Shown here in pieces: positions 13,785-27,676 of a stretch of DNA of 64,000 bases; positions within the stretch are counted from its first letter, which is position 1, and the number at the start of each line of letters is the position of its first letter. The notes under the pieces were generated by a model. The model made no database searches. It was not told the DNA's origin and saw nothing but the letters and a program-made list of their open reading frames with translations. The stretch lies in the NCBI RefSeq assembly GCF_009914755.1, contig NC_060928.1; one strand, given 5' to 3'. A program made the translations under genes and the position numbers. Source of the stretch: the human T2T-CHM13v2.0 reference genome, Homo sapiens.

Positions 13785-15181
13785 CAGTGGTAATTCTATA
13801 TAAGTGAAGTGTTGATACACTTGAGACTACAGTAAGAGCCTTGACTTAATATTAGTACGTATCTTGATAACTGTCCCTGTTGTTCTTTATTTCTGCTGAA
13901 GTGGCAACATCTCAACTGGGCTTTCACCAGGAAGGTAACAAGCCTGAGGAATAAGTCACATTGTCATCAGTGTTATTTGCCAATCAGAGGAAGTGTGGGA
14001 GGTAAAGTTCATTACAGTTGCTGTTAGAGTGAGAAAGACAGAAGAGGTATGCCATTGGTAGACAACTGAAGCCATCATATGAAACTCAAACCTTGGCTAA
14101 TAGTAACTGTAATCAGGAAGATGTGATAAGGGCTGACTCACAGATTCCTCTGGCTTTTGGCCTAAATCTAATCAATCAAAAAGAAGCCTTCTAAGTATAA
14201 AATAACATGCTGTATGTTGACTAAGCATATGTTTTGAGGCTTAAAAGTCATTGGAGATTTTATAGTTCTTCCTACCTTTGGTAAGTTGTCTTCCTGAATT
14301 ATACTATCTTCTCAGTGTCTGTATACATGCTTCCTCTCACTGTTGGAGAGCCCTAAATTATGAAGTTTTCCAAGCTCTCCATGATTATTTAAGACCAAGT
14401 ATATATTTGCATCATTATAATATGATATACTTTTATAAAAATAGTGGTAATTAATTTCACCTAACAATGAGTATTCAATACTACAGAATACCTCCTTTGT
14501 GCCTGACCCTGTGCTAAATGTTAGATTGAATTTATAGAACTTAACCTGCTAGTTATGTTTTTTCTCTTTTTTTCTTATTACAATGCAAATGGTGTGGCTA
14601 CATATCCCTGCATTTTTCATAGCTCATAGAGAGTAAGATGGTATAGGCTGTGCATTTTAGAATGTATGATATCTGCCAAATCTGAGTGGAATGCCAGAAA
14701 GGAGAAAAAGAGGAAACAGCACAACCAAGTGAACTACCCCTTTTTCTCATTTCCAAAATAACTTTTCAAGCCGAGGGAAATTTTGACATGAGTTAAAGCC
14801 TTCCCCAACTCTAAGAACAAGACTGAATTCAGAAGATCACTCTGAGTCTGATGGCTATTGGCAGTCTCAGAGGGGCCATATTTTTACATGGATGAACCAT
14901 TCCGGGACAATTTCTACAATATATTAAGCACAAACATATTATCTTTCTATTTCAAACACATATGTCTTATCTTGCTCCTTTGATGTATCTTCAGGAAATA
15001 CATATAATTTGGCTTTGTAAAAAATATTGCATTGTCTATTGGCATTGAACTGTCTTTATATTATCTTATTCCAATAATGGCATACAGCGGAACCCACTGG
15101 GTGCTTCAGAGTTCATTTTCTTTGGGAAATGTCTTATTCATAGCTTTAGTTTGCTATAGGGGAAGTGATAGGGTATATTAA

Positions 15182-15519
<338 letters not shown>

Positions 15520-17899
15520 CAGTAGTTTTATTTATTTGGGGACTTACTGAATTTTATTTTTCATATCGTTGCATATGAGGAGCACAAATGGACTTTTTTT
15601 TTTTTTTTTAACCTCCCTGAGGGCAGAAATAGTAGCAGCAGATGTACAGTTTCAGAGCTTTGGACAACAGAAGTAGAAGTACTAGAAGTACTGGCACGTA
15701 ATAGATGGAAATGAAATTGTTCTACATCCATTTCCACTCATTCAGGCAATTCATGTACAAACTAAAAAGTCCTTTCCCTTTTCCACATTTTACAGGTGAA
15801 CTACTTAGGTTTTGTTGGTTTGTTTTTTGTATGCTGTTCTTAATTTTGGTGAATAGAGAGGTGCTTTCTATTCCATTGACTAAGATTTTCTTTTAGAGAA
15901 AGTAAGCAATATTCAGAGTTATTGCTGTAAGTTTTGCTTGAGTGCTTACGCTTTAATTCATATTTTATGCCATGCTTTTTCACACAAAGCACTTATGGCA
16001 TGCTCTAGAATCCATAAGAAATGAATATATGTTAATTAGCTTGCATTCAGTTATTTTACATTCAGCAGCTCTTTATTTCTGTTGGTTTATATTCTAATAC
16101 GATTTGCAATTCTAGTGTAGTATATTTAGTACACGGTCTTTAAGGTATAGTAATTTACATTTTAATCATACATTAATTTATAAAGAATAATAAAATGTGA
16201 TAAATGTTTTCTTCTATGTAAATTTATGTTTACATCCTGACTCACAACTGGGAGATAAAGCAATTTGGATCAAGCAAGGCATGCAGATATATGAATTGGT
16301 TAAAAAATCTGTAGTTTTATAATTCTAGTTACATAAGATGACAATTTAAAAATTGATGGCTAATTTTAGAGAACAAGAAATTTATTTTTTCCAGCCTTTT
16401 ATAAAGTACAATGAATCACTGTTATCAAAACAATTTTATGTTAAATTTGTTTGACTAGAGTATTTATCAAGCCTCCACTTTTTCTTCAAGCTTTTCCCTC
16501 TATAGATCACATGATAAGATATCAAATCACCTTACACCAATCAAGCAAAGCAAAAGATTTTAACAATTCTAAGCATTTATCTTTCATGAGAGATGTTATC
16601 TCATGCTGTTGAATCTTCCAGTGCAAATTAGGTTTCTTTCTCATTCTATGCCATCATTTAAAGAAATAAAAAAGAGTACAAAACTTGTCAACTGGAAATG
16701 GTCATGTTAAATATTTTTTCCTTCTCTGTTCTTGCATCTGTATCTTTCCATCAAAAACAAAATAATACCTGAAGTTTTATAGTATTTCAAGCAGAAAAGG
16801 TTTAAAATATTATTTTTTTAAAAAAGTAGCATTTTCCTATGTGCAGAAGCAGATCCAGCCAAGTTATTATGGATAATCTTCAAGCAGTATCCGGACAGGA
16901 TGGCCATTTTCATCTAAAAGTATTTCTGCAGAGTGAAAATGCATTTTTCTTTTGGAATTTTCAGGATAATTAATCTTCAGTGCACATAAGATGATTTAGG
17001 TAGATAACCTGGCCTTGTTAAACATGCTATGCTGTTTCTGACCATCAACATTATAACTCATCAGATTTCCAAAGCAAGGGCTGCTTAAATCAAAGGATTT
17101 TCATTGCGGATTCTTGACTGCTGCTGGTTAGATGTCAGAGCTTGGAAGTTACTCTCCAAGTAATTGTAAAGCACTGTTCTCCAATCAGCATATATTATTG
17201 CAAGCAAGAACGACACTGTCAGAATTTCTATTTAAGTTATAACTCAGTCATTTCAACTTTGAGTCACACATGCTTAAATGTCTCAACTGGATTAAAAGCA
17301 TGTTACATTCTTTTCCTATCCATAATTGTGTTCTGGACAAAAATATATTCTTTTGATTTTTCTAATTATTCATTAGGGATGGGTGTCATTGTTTTGTGAC
17401 AAGATTTACTATCCATAAAGTGTTTCATGTCAGTTTTAATGTGTTAGCCCCAAATTACAGAGTAATAGCTCTTAAATTGCAGGAAAAATGTGGGGTGCCT
17501 TTGGGTATGAAAGTAAAGGAAGAGAAACACATTTTTATTTTGGGGTTTTGACTGTCATTTTTTTGTTTGAGGGGAGTGGGATATGAATTGAGTAAGCAGG
17601 GATGTGTTTAGTTTCAAGAAAAACTGTAAGGAGGGAGTCACCAACTTTAGCCCAAAGGTTCCATATTGTCAGTTGTTGAAACAAAACAGGAGGCACTCTA
17701 TGTTGAGACTTGGCCTTGTTGCAAATAGGGAACAAAACTCTCCTCAGACCATGCATCAAATTAGTGTTAAAGCTGAAATGAAAATGTAACTTATCAAAAT
17801 TGGTTTAAAGGACAAAATCCTATTATTCTTGTGAGAGAACATAATTTAGTAAGAAGAGCATCAAAATGGAAACTGAGAGTCTCCATTTTAATTTCTTCT

Positions 17900-18000
17900 T
17901 AGGAAATAAATTAAGCAATGCATCAACTTCTCTATGCCTCAGTTTCCTTATTGCAAAATTGTGGAATTGTGCTAAAGACTTTTAACATCTTAGCTAGTTT
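17900..18000 (+). mobile_element. MIR core fragment
   Basis: AACTTCTCTATGCCTCAGTTTCCTTATTGCAAAAT. Confidence 0.6.
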
Positions 18001-19119
18001 TAAATTTGTTTTCTTTCTATGTGCTGGATATTTAAAATTAGTCAATATAAATAAAATGTGGATATTTAAAGTGAAAATAATTTACCACAAAAATTGTAAC
18101 TTAAAAAGTTGTTTTAAATCCATATAAGAATTGTGGCTAAGAAGAATGATGAATTGCAAGAAGGAAAAGCAATGATTGACATTGCAAAAAGAAAAAAAAA
18201 TCAGTCATAAACACAATTGATTTTTATCCGTTTGGTTATTTGGTTTGTATGAATTGTAATGCCAGACTGTATTTTCAAGACTAATTATAAAAGAGCCTAA
18301 TAGCTAGCAATAGATAGCTTCTAAAATTGGGCCAAATAGAATTTTCTACATATTTAGAATCAAGCAATTCTCGTGGTTGATATTATTTTCTTCAATGGAT
18401 AGTCTGCATACGATGTCTTTCTTACTCTGCTGTCTCTCTTTATTTAAAATTATAGTTTATACTTTTGCATGAAAACTACATAGACTCTGATTGGTGGCAA
18501 ACATAGACAATTGTATAAACTGAAGTGCGCTCTCAACAGTAGAAATCACTGGATCTTATTAGGAAAAGCACTGGGTCCTATAGAAGCTCTTGGGATCCTA
18601 GAAGTATTCTTATTTTCTTCTCTCGCTCCCATGAAATTTATGTTACATTCAAACTAAGCATGTTGACCTACGTAAGCCTTCTGAGCCAAATGTTTTGAGT
18701 AGCATTTTCCAAACCTCATACAGGAATCAAAGAATTTAAGAAATGAGGTATCCATAGTCTCTGTGTCTGAACATTTAGTACCCAATCTATAGTACACCCC
18801 CAATTAAGACAAATCATTGCCAACTTTTGCCCTGGAATTGAGTAATGGGAACTGGCTGAGGTGTATTTCATGCATACTTCTAGCAGAGCTGATATCATAA
18901 CTCAGACAAAAATTGATTTGTGTGCCTCACTCTTCCAAGAGACTAAGCCTTGTGAGTAGAGGAACCAGTATTCCCAACTCAGTGTCATCTACTGAAAAGT
19001 GTCTCAATATATTTTTAAAGAATAGATGTAGTTCCTTGATTTCATTAAAAATATATCCCTAAAAACTAGGTCATAAACACAAGGACACTATGTCGTCTCC
19101 ACTGTTACTCCTTGACTTT

Positions 19120-19250
19120 ATTTTGCAAATATTTGTTGAGCAGACACTGTTCCAAGTACTGTTTAGCTTCCAGTAATAAAAACAAAATTAACCATATGGA
19201 GTCCTCACCCTACACAAATTCAAGATGCAGTGAGAAGGACATAAAAATTG
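19120..19250 (-). mobile_element. L2 3' end fragment
   Basis: CAAATATTTGTTGAGCAGACACTGTTCCAAGTACTGT resembles the reverse of the L2 tail. Confidence 0.5.
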
Positions 19251-19267
19251 ATCAAAGAAAAAAATTA

Positions 19268-19353
19268 CTCTCTCTCTCTCTCTCTATATATATATACACT
19301 ATATATATATATACACACACTATATATATATACACACACTATATATATACACA

Positions 19354-19393
<40 letters not shown>
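19268..19393. repeat. Compound (CT)n-(TA)n/(TACA)n microsatellite
   Basis: Direct reading. Confidence 0.97.
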
Positions 19394-19395
<2 letters not shown>

Positions 19396-19755
19396 GATAT
19401 TATGTCAGAATTAAAAAACAAAAGACAAGACAGCTCAGCCTTCAAACCAAGGTTGGAGACTTCTTGAGCAGAGCACATGATCAGAATCTTCTTTTTAATC
19501 TAAAATCATCCCTGAACTCCATGCTTCTCATCCCTTAACCTTCTAAAGACATTATTGTGCATACTTTTTTGCACAAATAACTTTCTAATATTTTAATCAT
19601 TGAATTTTGAAAGATTAATTCAGTTCACTTGCCAGTTATTTTGAATCCAGCTTTAATAAAGAACTGCCTAACAATTTGTAGTTTTCATGTCTCTGTGTGA
19701 ACAAGAATGTCACCTAAGTTAGCACAAGTCTCATTAAATATTGAAAAACAGAAAC

Positions 19756-19806
19756 TGGCATAGGATGCTCTATAGTGGCATAGGATGCTCTATAGTGGCA
19801 TAGGAT
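19756..19806. repeat. 20-bp tandem repeat TGGCATAGGATGCTCTATAG, about 2.5 copies
   Basis: Two exact copies plus 11 bp of a third. Confidence 0.95.
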
Positions 19807-20611
19807 AACTCCAGGTTCTGAACCATACATGTGCCTGTATACATCTTGTTTCTTTACCCTGTTACAATTTTTCTGTCTTCTCTTTCTGGACAACTCATTC
19901 ATACATTAACCTCCACAAACATTATCACTTTCTATGAACTTATGTAACAGCTTCAGGATCCTGCATAAAATTGTAATCTTTTCTTCCCCTTATAACATTT
20001 TGTACGTACTCTCGGTCAGAGAATATTTACTGAGAGCCTGTTTTGTTTAAAGCACTGCACCAGGAACAAAGAGCCATTTCAGCTCCTGAGACAGGGCTGT
20101 TTTAGGCCGGAATGCAGAACCTAGACTTACTGGTTATTTGCAGCCAACGTCCATCCTGAATGTTCCATGCCCTTGCCGTACCAGCTAGTTAAAGATTTTG
20201 AATGTCACCCCTATACAATGCATAAAGAGTCCCTGGACATTTTCAGACATGCCATTCCTGTTTCTGTCCTTGAAGCTGCACTGCTGCACCTGTGTGGCAA
20301 ATTTCTTGATAAGAAAGAAGCTTGATTTTGTCTCTTTTTTTTTTTCTCAAAGCTTTCCAGGGGAATGTCAGTTCCTGTTTTGTGAACCTTTTAGGAGCTA
20401 AAGGACACACTGGGAAAGCAATATAGGAAATTGCTAAACCAAATGAAGCAACGTTTGGTTCCTATAACTATTCAGAGAAGACTAGCAATATGAAACAAGG
20501 ATTAATGAAAGAGGTTGTCCAAATATAGAAGCCATCTCTTTAGCCTCATCTCTAAATGTATATGTAACTTCTAAGTCCCAGAGATCTAAGAATGCTTGGA
20601 AGATAGTTGGG

Positions 20612-20667
20612 AAAAGAAAGAGAGAGTAAGAGAGGATGAGAGAGAGAGAGACAGAGAGAGAAAGAGA
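20612..20667. repeat. Imperfect (GA)n
   Basis: Direct reading. Confidence 0.85.
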
Positions 20668-20779
20668 ATGCACGCATTAAAATTTGATCTAAACATATGA
20701 CTTTAAAGTATCTTGTATCTATGTAAATGGAACAAAATTCAAAGTTTTTATTTTCTGGTTTTAAATAATGATAGTAGTT

Positions 20780-21090
20780 AAAATTACAGATGCTGGAGTC
20801 AGATCTCATCTATAGCATCTAGAAGCTGAGACACTAGGCCCTTAAATTATCTTACTAAGCCTCTCTTTCCATAGATAGATTTCACCTAAATTAAAGAGGT
20901 AAGTATTATCTGTCTACCACTTCCTGTGTACCAGACATTGCTGCTTGAATTATGTGTTAATTAATGTAATCAAGACTTAACAATCTGATTGCACATGAGA
21001 AACTGAGGCTTAGAGTTACTCATTTTGCCTCACCCAATGTGTTATCCTGGTGGTCAGACCACAGAGCCTGAACCCCAAGTACTGTGCATA
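20780..21090. mobile_element. Two adjacent MIR relics in opposite orientation (+ then -)
   Basis: ACAGATGCTGGAGTCAGA...AAGCCTC (+) and CATGAGAAACTGAGGCTTAGAG...GAACCCCAAG (-). Confidence 0.5.
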
Positions 21091-21180
21091 CTGCTGCTTC
21101 ATGTGAATTATAAATGGGTTTTTATTAATAACAGTTCTGAAATAGACCTATTGTGCTCTAGGAATTTTATTGTAAGTTAC

Positions 21181-21220
21181 ACAACAAAGTGTGACAAAGT
21201 ACAACAAAGTGTGACAAAGT
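21181..21220. repeat. Exact 20-bp tandem duplication ACAACAAAGTGTGACAAAGT x2
   Basis: Direct reading. Confidence 0.95.
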
Positions 21221-21266
21221 GATAGTTTTGCTTTCTTCCTGGCACAAATAGTACTTCATGTGTTGA

Positions 21267-21570
<304 letters not shown>

Positions 21571-22482
21571 AAATGATACCTTTTAAATATCAGACACTTT
21601 TTTCTTTCCTCTTAACACTTTTTGGAACACCAAAAGGAAAAGGTTTTTTTTTGTTTGTTTTGTTTTTATTACTTCTAAGCAATCAACACTCTTTTACAGA
21701 ATACATCACTAATTGTTAACTAGATTCATCAGGCAGATGAAGGATTTTGTATATTTTCTGTAGCTACAGAGCATATATAAAATGTATCATTGTAGTGCAA
21801 AGTATGAGTCCAGGTTTTCAGATGCAATTCTGTGAAGTAGTGAAAGTTGCTTCATCTGTCTAAGTTTTATGTTCCTCATGTGCAAAGTGTACAGTGAGTT
21901 CATACACAAATGACACTTTCAGCTCTCAGCTCAATGATTTTGCAGTTTAGCAAGTAAAGTCTTAGGAAGGAATATTACGTGCAGCTCAGTAGGATAATTC
22001 AGGTTAGCCAAATACAGAATCATCTACTTTTTTAAAGTTATTAGATCCACATCACTGGAAATATTCAAAAGAATTTCCTTGCCAGAGGTCACTTAGAAGT
22101 TACAACTGTGTTAAGTTGAAAGGTGAACAACACTAGCTCTTAAAGAAATTGTACTGCCCTGAGTTTCTTAACTAGCTTGTATGAACGAAATGCATATATA
22201 ATAAGCAGTATCTTAAGAACTAGCACAGGTTATATTCACATTTCTTAATCTAGGGGGAAAATAAAACAAAACAATATCTCCATGTAGACTGAAACCAAGG
22301 CTCCAATTACTCTGCAAATTCTGGCAGCAAAGCAATAGGAAAATAAACCCAAACACCTGCTGTGTGTTTATGTAAATTAAGTTTAGGAAGGATTATTTCG
22401 CTAAAATGTCCCAGGTAATGCTGGCTCAATAATTCTGGCTTTATTGGTAACTAGCATAAATTTGATCTGTGTTTTTTAAAAT

Positions 22483-22620
22483 GTAGTCCTCAAGCCATCT
22501 GCATCAGAGTCACTCTATTAAAATTGCAGATCCCTGGGCTGCAAAAACTTTTGAATCAGAATTAACCCCTCTCTCCCTGTTTAAACAAGTATTCTTGTCA
22601 GTTGTTTTAGAACACTTTGA
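22483..22620. mobile_element. MER5-family hAT MITE relic
   Basis: GCATCAGAGTCAC...TTAAAATTGCAGATCCCTGGGC...TGAATCAGAA...TTAAACAAG. Confidence 0.55.
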
Positions 22621-22724
22621 CAAGGATGCACAGTAAGTGATACATTGTAGGTAAATTGTCTACTTTTGAGGATGGACTAGAAGTAGCTACACCAACCATG
22701 AGCACACCATTAAAAAATCATTCT

Positions 22725-22955
22725 AGTCCAGGAGTTCAAGACCAGTCTGAGCAACATGGCAAAACCCAGTCTCAACAAAATATACAAAAATTAGCCGTGC
22801 ATGGTGGCACATGCCTGTGGGGGCAACAACTCAGAAGGCTGAGATGTGAGGATCACCTGAGCCCAGGAGGTCGAGGCTGCATGAGCGGTGATTATACCAC
22901 TGCACTCCAGCCTGGGCGACAGAATGAGACTGTCTCAAAAAAATAAAAATAAAAT
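22725..22955 (+). mobile_element. 5'-truncated AluJ-like
   Basis: Starts at AGTCCAGGAGTTCAAGACC; GAGGTCGAGGCTGCA; A-rich tail. Confidence 0.9.
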
Positions 22956-24129
22956 AATTATTAAAAAGACGAACTGCAAAGGTCATCTGAGCAGTAAAAT
23001 ATTGAGATGGCTTTATTTATAATTTACTTAACATTTAGGGAGCACCTAAGAAGCCTCAGGCTGTGTGATATTAAATGGCAGTCATATCACTTCTTCAAGA
23101 TGAAAAGGAATTTTTTTATAACTAAAATAATTCCCTCTTTAATTGTCAGAATTATTATTATGGAAATGATGAGTGCTCCAATTTTTCTTAATCTGAACAC
23201 CAGTATTTCATTTGCCATTGCTAAAATGTGTGGACTGTTATGAAAATTTAACATAGTGTTTTTTTTATATGAGTCATTCAGCTGGCTTCTAACATTTATT
23301 TTAAAACTTTGATTTTTGTGTTTTTGTGTGCAGGATTTTTTTATTTCTTCTAAAGGATTTTCCAATTCTAAGTCTGTCCTACAGTTAAGACAAAGGTTAT
23401 AAATGGTGAACCACTGTTATCTAGAAGGGGCCACTCTGTCATCTACAAAAAATAGTCGAATGAAGTGAGCCAGCCCTAAAATTCAGAGTCAATTTCTGGT
23501 CCAGGTACACTAAACGGTCTTCCAGTGAGCATAAGCCTCTTACAAAGAGTGAGGTAATCAAGACTATTATAATGCCCAACCTATATTAATGTAATTATCC
23601 ACTACAACACAAACAAATTATCTCTAAAACTCAGTTACACTTCAGAGATCTTATTTTGCTCATAAAATCACTGACCTCACCCACATCGCCCACACCCTAA
23701 GCTTCATATCATCTAACATGACATATAAAAATTTAGGCACAATCACGCCTAGTCCATCTCAACTGTACCCCACCCCACTCTACCACACGGAGTGTCAGAC
23801 TCACTGGACAGCATAAACTCACATACATTTGCAAATAAACTATTTTAAAACTTTAGCCCTCACCACCTTTCTTGCCATTGTGTTTGGTTCTTTCTAGTTT
23901 AAACAGTTCCATTCTTATGACTGTTTCTTGAACACTTCCTAGATGAGGAATAAATATTCGATGTTACTAAGAGACGTGAAGAAATGATAAATACCTTTTC
24001 CAACCTTTCAAAAGGTAACATGATGAGGAAATAAGACATACAGTCACAAATTCCCAAAAAATGTGGAAATAGGATTAAATTCTTAATAAGTTTGCCTTTA
24101 AATGGCCAAGTGTGTAATAGAGACAAAAA

Positions 24130-24430
24130 TCACATTTACAAAAGATTTCTGATATAGAGATAGATTATGAAAAGACCTCTAGATTGAACAGATTTTAGAT
24201 AGGTGAAAGGGAGGATGAAAGGTACTACAAGACAGAGTGAAGACAGAATGAGCAGAGATTGAGAAATGCTGTTGCATGCTTAGGGAAGACAGGGGATATT
24301 GGTGTGAGAGTGGAGAGAGTATTACCTGGGGAGATGAGTTTACATAGATGTTTTAGAATCAAATCATAGCACCCTTTGATTGACATACAAAATGTTTAAC
24401 TGAGTGTAATGAGTGATTGGTGCATTTTTG
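24130..24430 (-). mobile_element. L2 internal relic
   Basis: Purine-rich GAG/AGA texture typical of antisense L2; degenerate. Confidence 0.45.
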
Positions 24431-25123
24431 GAATAAAAGACTACCACATTAGAATTTTAGGCAGATTGTTTTATTTACATTCGAGGAAGAAGAAAAGTAA
24501 TAATTGAGATGTGAGGAAGGGGACAAAAGCCAAGCATTAAGATTACTGAATCCATTAAAAGCAGGGAGGATAATGATGGTAATAGCAGCAGGGAAGTGGC
24601 TGGAATGAGGTAAATACAGAATAAAACTCCATTGGGGCAAAATATTCCTGGAGTGCTGAGCAATACATGTCACAGTCTCCAATTTTTTTTTTATTCTTAC
24701 GTTAGTTCAGATTCCACTGTATCCAATATGTGCTTGAGAGTGAAAATTGTATTAGTTTCTATTGTAATCTATCTCCATTTCGCCTCGAGAAAAATTACCC
24801 AAATGGATTGAGTTACTTTCTTTCAAAAAAGAAAAAAAAAATACAACCTGAAATTTGGTGGAAGATGGTGCTGCTTGAATTTATGTGAATTTACTTTCTC
24901 TCTTTTAGAAAAACTAAACTTTAAAAAATCACTAGTAAAACAGCAATAGCAAGAAGGAGTATGCTTGAGGGTGGGAAGTGTAAATTCATGACAGATACCC
25001 TTGTCTTCTAGCTCAAATCTTCTCTAGGAAAAAAAAACACACACTCCTAGATGTTTTCTTATTTCTCATGCCAGTTATGAATTCAGTTGTCAGTAGTATC
25101 CATGAATACTACTGGTGTTGCAG

Positions 25124-25252
25124 TTCTTTCTTTCTTTCTTTCTTTCTTTTTCTCTTTCTTTCTTTCTCTTTCTCTTTCCCTCCCTTTCTTTCTTTCTCTT
25201 TCTTTCTTTCTTTTTCTTTCTTTCTTCCTTTCCTTTCCTTTCCTTTCCTTTC
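25124..25252. repeat. (TTTC)n/(CCTTT)n polypyrimidine microsatellite
   Basis: About 130 bp of uninterrupted pyrimidines. Confidence 0.97.
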
Positions 25253-26119
25253 ATAAATTTCTGTCTTTGATTACTAAATGTATTTCTTCTCATGACCTGG
25301 GGAGGAAAACAAAGCAGAACTTCCTCACAAAGACAATACTTCCCCACTAACCATGAAAGGTTTTTTTTTCTCTCTCTTTTTAAATTTAGGTGTGCTTTAT
25401 TTCATAATCAAATGCCAGATATTTAATGAACTAAATTGGATAATAGAGACTTTCTTCCACCACACAAGCCTCTCATTTTTCTAGATAATGATAAGAAATA
25501 GTGGAAGCTGTCATGGGACTTGACTAACTAGAAACTACCAGTTGTGTGTTGGCTAAGTAAAAATATTAATCTTCCCCTCAAGCTAATTTCTGATAATTAA
25601 CCAAAATATCCGGGAGTGCCAAGATGAATTAAGCACGTAAGGTAATATTTTATAACCTCCTTTGGAAAGGATATCCCTTCCCACTGTTCTCTATTCAGCC
25701 CAATTCAGCAGTTTTAAATAAGCATTCAAAAGTGCTGGAGTTTCACCCTTTCAATGAGGTTTTAAGAGGGCTGTCTTAAAGGACATAGGGTGGGCGATGG
25801 GGGCAGGGGAATGAGACTAAAGGCAAGCTAAGAGAAATTAATGACAACTACAAAAGAGAAAGGCCTTTTATTTAGTTGGCTTGTATTTCTCTAATAGACT
25901 TTCTCATTCTTTTTAGCCTAAGTTAGGCACGTAGGGTTACATCTTTCTGGAAAGAACCATTAGAGCAAGGAGATAACCGTATTGTAGTTCTCTGGCTTGT
26001 AACTGTTTCCAACTGTGGAGCTGCCAGCAGAGATTTCAGGAGGAGACAGTCCCCCTGAGGAGGAGAGAGACAAAGCAATATGTTACAAACCCATCAAATC
26101 CATCCAGTCCTTCCCTTTC

Positions 26120-26121
<2 letters not shown>

Positions 26122-26166
<45 letters not shown>
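26122..26166. repeat. (TG)22 microsatellite
   Basis: Perfect run. Confidence 0.98.
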
Positions 26167-26168
<2 letters not shown>

Positions 26169-27120
26169 TTGTGGTGAATCTCCTACCAAAAACTTAAACC
26201 CAGGAAGGTTTAAATTTCAATGAACATTAATTGTCTGCAACCACCTATAGTTTGTTTTATGAAAAGCCATGAAAAATATTTTCAGAGAGGACACATCACT
26301 CTGGAAAGTTCTAAACATGAGTAATAGTGTATCTCAAAAATCATCAGAATCATGTTTCTCCTTCATGACTAATATAATACAGGCCCTTCCTTCACACGAG
26401 CAAAATCATTATTGTACAAGAATATTTTACTCATACATGCTCTGTGTTTTCTAAATCCTAGAAAGACTACCAAATTTTCAATTTTCAGCAGACACATTCC
26501 AGAGATAATATTATCTGGCCCATCTGTTTTATGTTTTTAAGTTACTTTTATTTTGTAAAGCAACATGTTAGTATTTCCAATTTTACTTGTTACATGTATT
26601 CACTCATCTATTCCTTCATTTTTAGCCCTTGACCATATTCTATACTCTGACAGCAGCTTCGAATTGGTTTACTTTGTGTATTACAAGCATAGTAAAAATA
26701 AATGCCCTTGGTCCTGAAAGTTCAATTATTTCAAAATGTATCAATACTTACTCTCTATGAATGTTTAAAGCTGGCCTGGTGTCACTCCCATATCCCTTTG
26801 AGTGTATTAAGCCAAATAAGAATGTCAGGCTTCCCCAAGCACACTTTGGTCTCTAACCACAACCCTTAACAGCATTTCCATTATGTCCTTCAATATCTTT
26901 CAGCTCTAGTAAATCCTTGCCTGCTCAGGTGAACATTTGTCTTACTTTGAAAGAATCTGCAGCCCTCATAATGTGGTTGTTCCTAAATGCCATCACTTCA
27001 CAATTAGGATTTCCCTGGTTACAAAATGCAAATCAAAACATCAGTGGGCTTTAGTATCTGATACAGGCTTGGTTTGTAATAACTCCAGGAGGTTTTATAT
27101 CTACTTTCAATATAAAATTC

Positions 27121-27368
27121 TTTTATTTTTATTTTTGTTTTTTTCTGAGACAGAGTTTCGCTCTTGTTGCCCAGGGGCTGCAGTGCAATGGCGTGATCTC
27201 GGCTCACCACTAACTCCACCCACCACACCTGGCTAATTTTGTATTTTTAGTAGAGATGGGGTTTCTCCATGTTGGTCAGGCTGGTCTTGGACTCCCAACC
27301 TCTGGTGATCCGCCCACCTCAGCCTCCCAAAGTGTGGGAATTACAGGCATGAGCCACCACGCCGGGCC
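27121..27368 (-). mobile_element. AluSp-like with ~60-bp internal deletion in the right arm
   Basis: GAGTTTCGCTCTTGTTGCC and TTTCTCCATGTTGGTCAGG; sequence jumps CTCCACC|CACCACACC. Confidence 0.92.
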
Positions 27369-27377
27369 ATAAAATAC

Positions 27378-27676
27378 TTTTTTTTTTTTTTTTTTTGAGA
27401 CGGAGTCTCACCCTGTCGCCCAGGTTGGAGTGCAATGGCTTGATCTTGGCTCACTGAAACCCCTGCCTCTGGGGTTCAAATGATTCTCCTGCCTCAGCCT
27501 CCCAAGTAACTGGGATTACAGGCGCCTGCCACCACCCCCAGCTAATTTTTGTATTTTTAGTAGAGATGGGGTTTCACCATGTTGACCAGGCTGGTCTCAA
27601 ATTCCTGACCTCGTGATCCGCCCACCTCGGCCTCCCAAAGTGCTAGGATTACAGGGGTGAGCCACTGCACCCGGCC
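27378..27676 (-). mobile_element. AluS (Sg-like)
   Basis: CCTGACCTCGTGATCC; TSD CATAAAATWCTT. Confidence 0.95.

Noticed and set aside
14266-14286. 15-nt in-frame segment before a strong TTG|GTAAGT donor
   Set aside because: The acceptor has no usable pyrimidine tract; probably chance.
19112-19538. Tyr/Ile/His-rich ORFs; likewise the Phe/Leu/Ser and Lys/Glu ORFs at 25068-25350 and the Val/Cys ORF at 26015
   Set aside because: Artefacts of microsatellites.
19756-21220. 20-bp direct repeats as a CRISPR-like array
   Set aside because: No spacers, only 2-2.5 copies, the two units are unrelated, and the context is eukaryotic.
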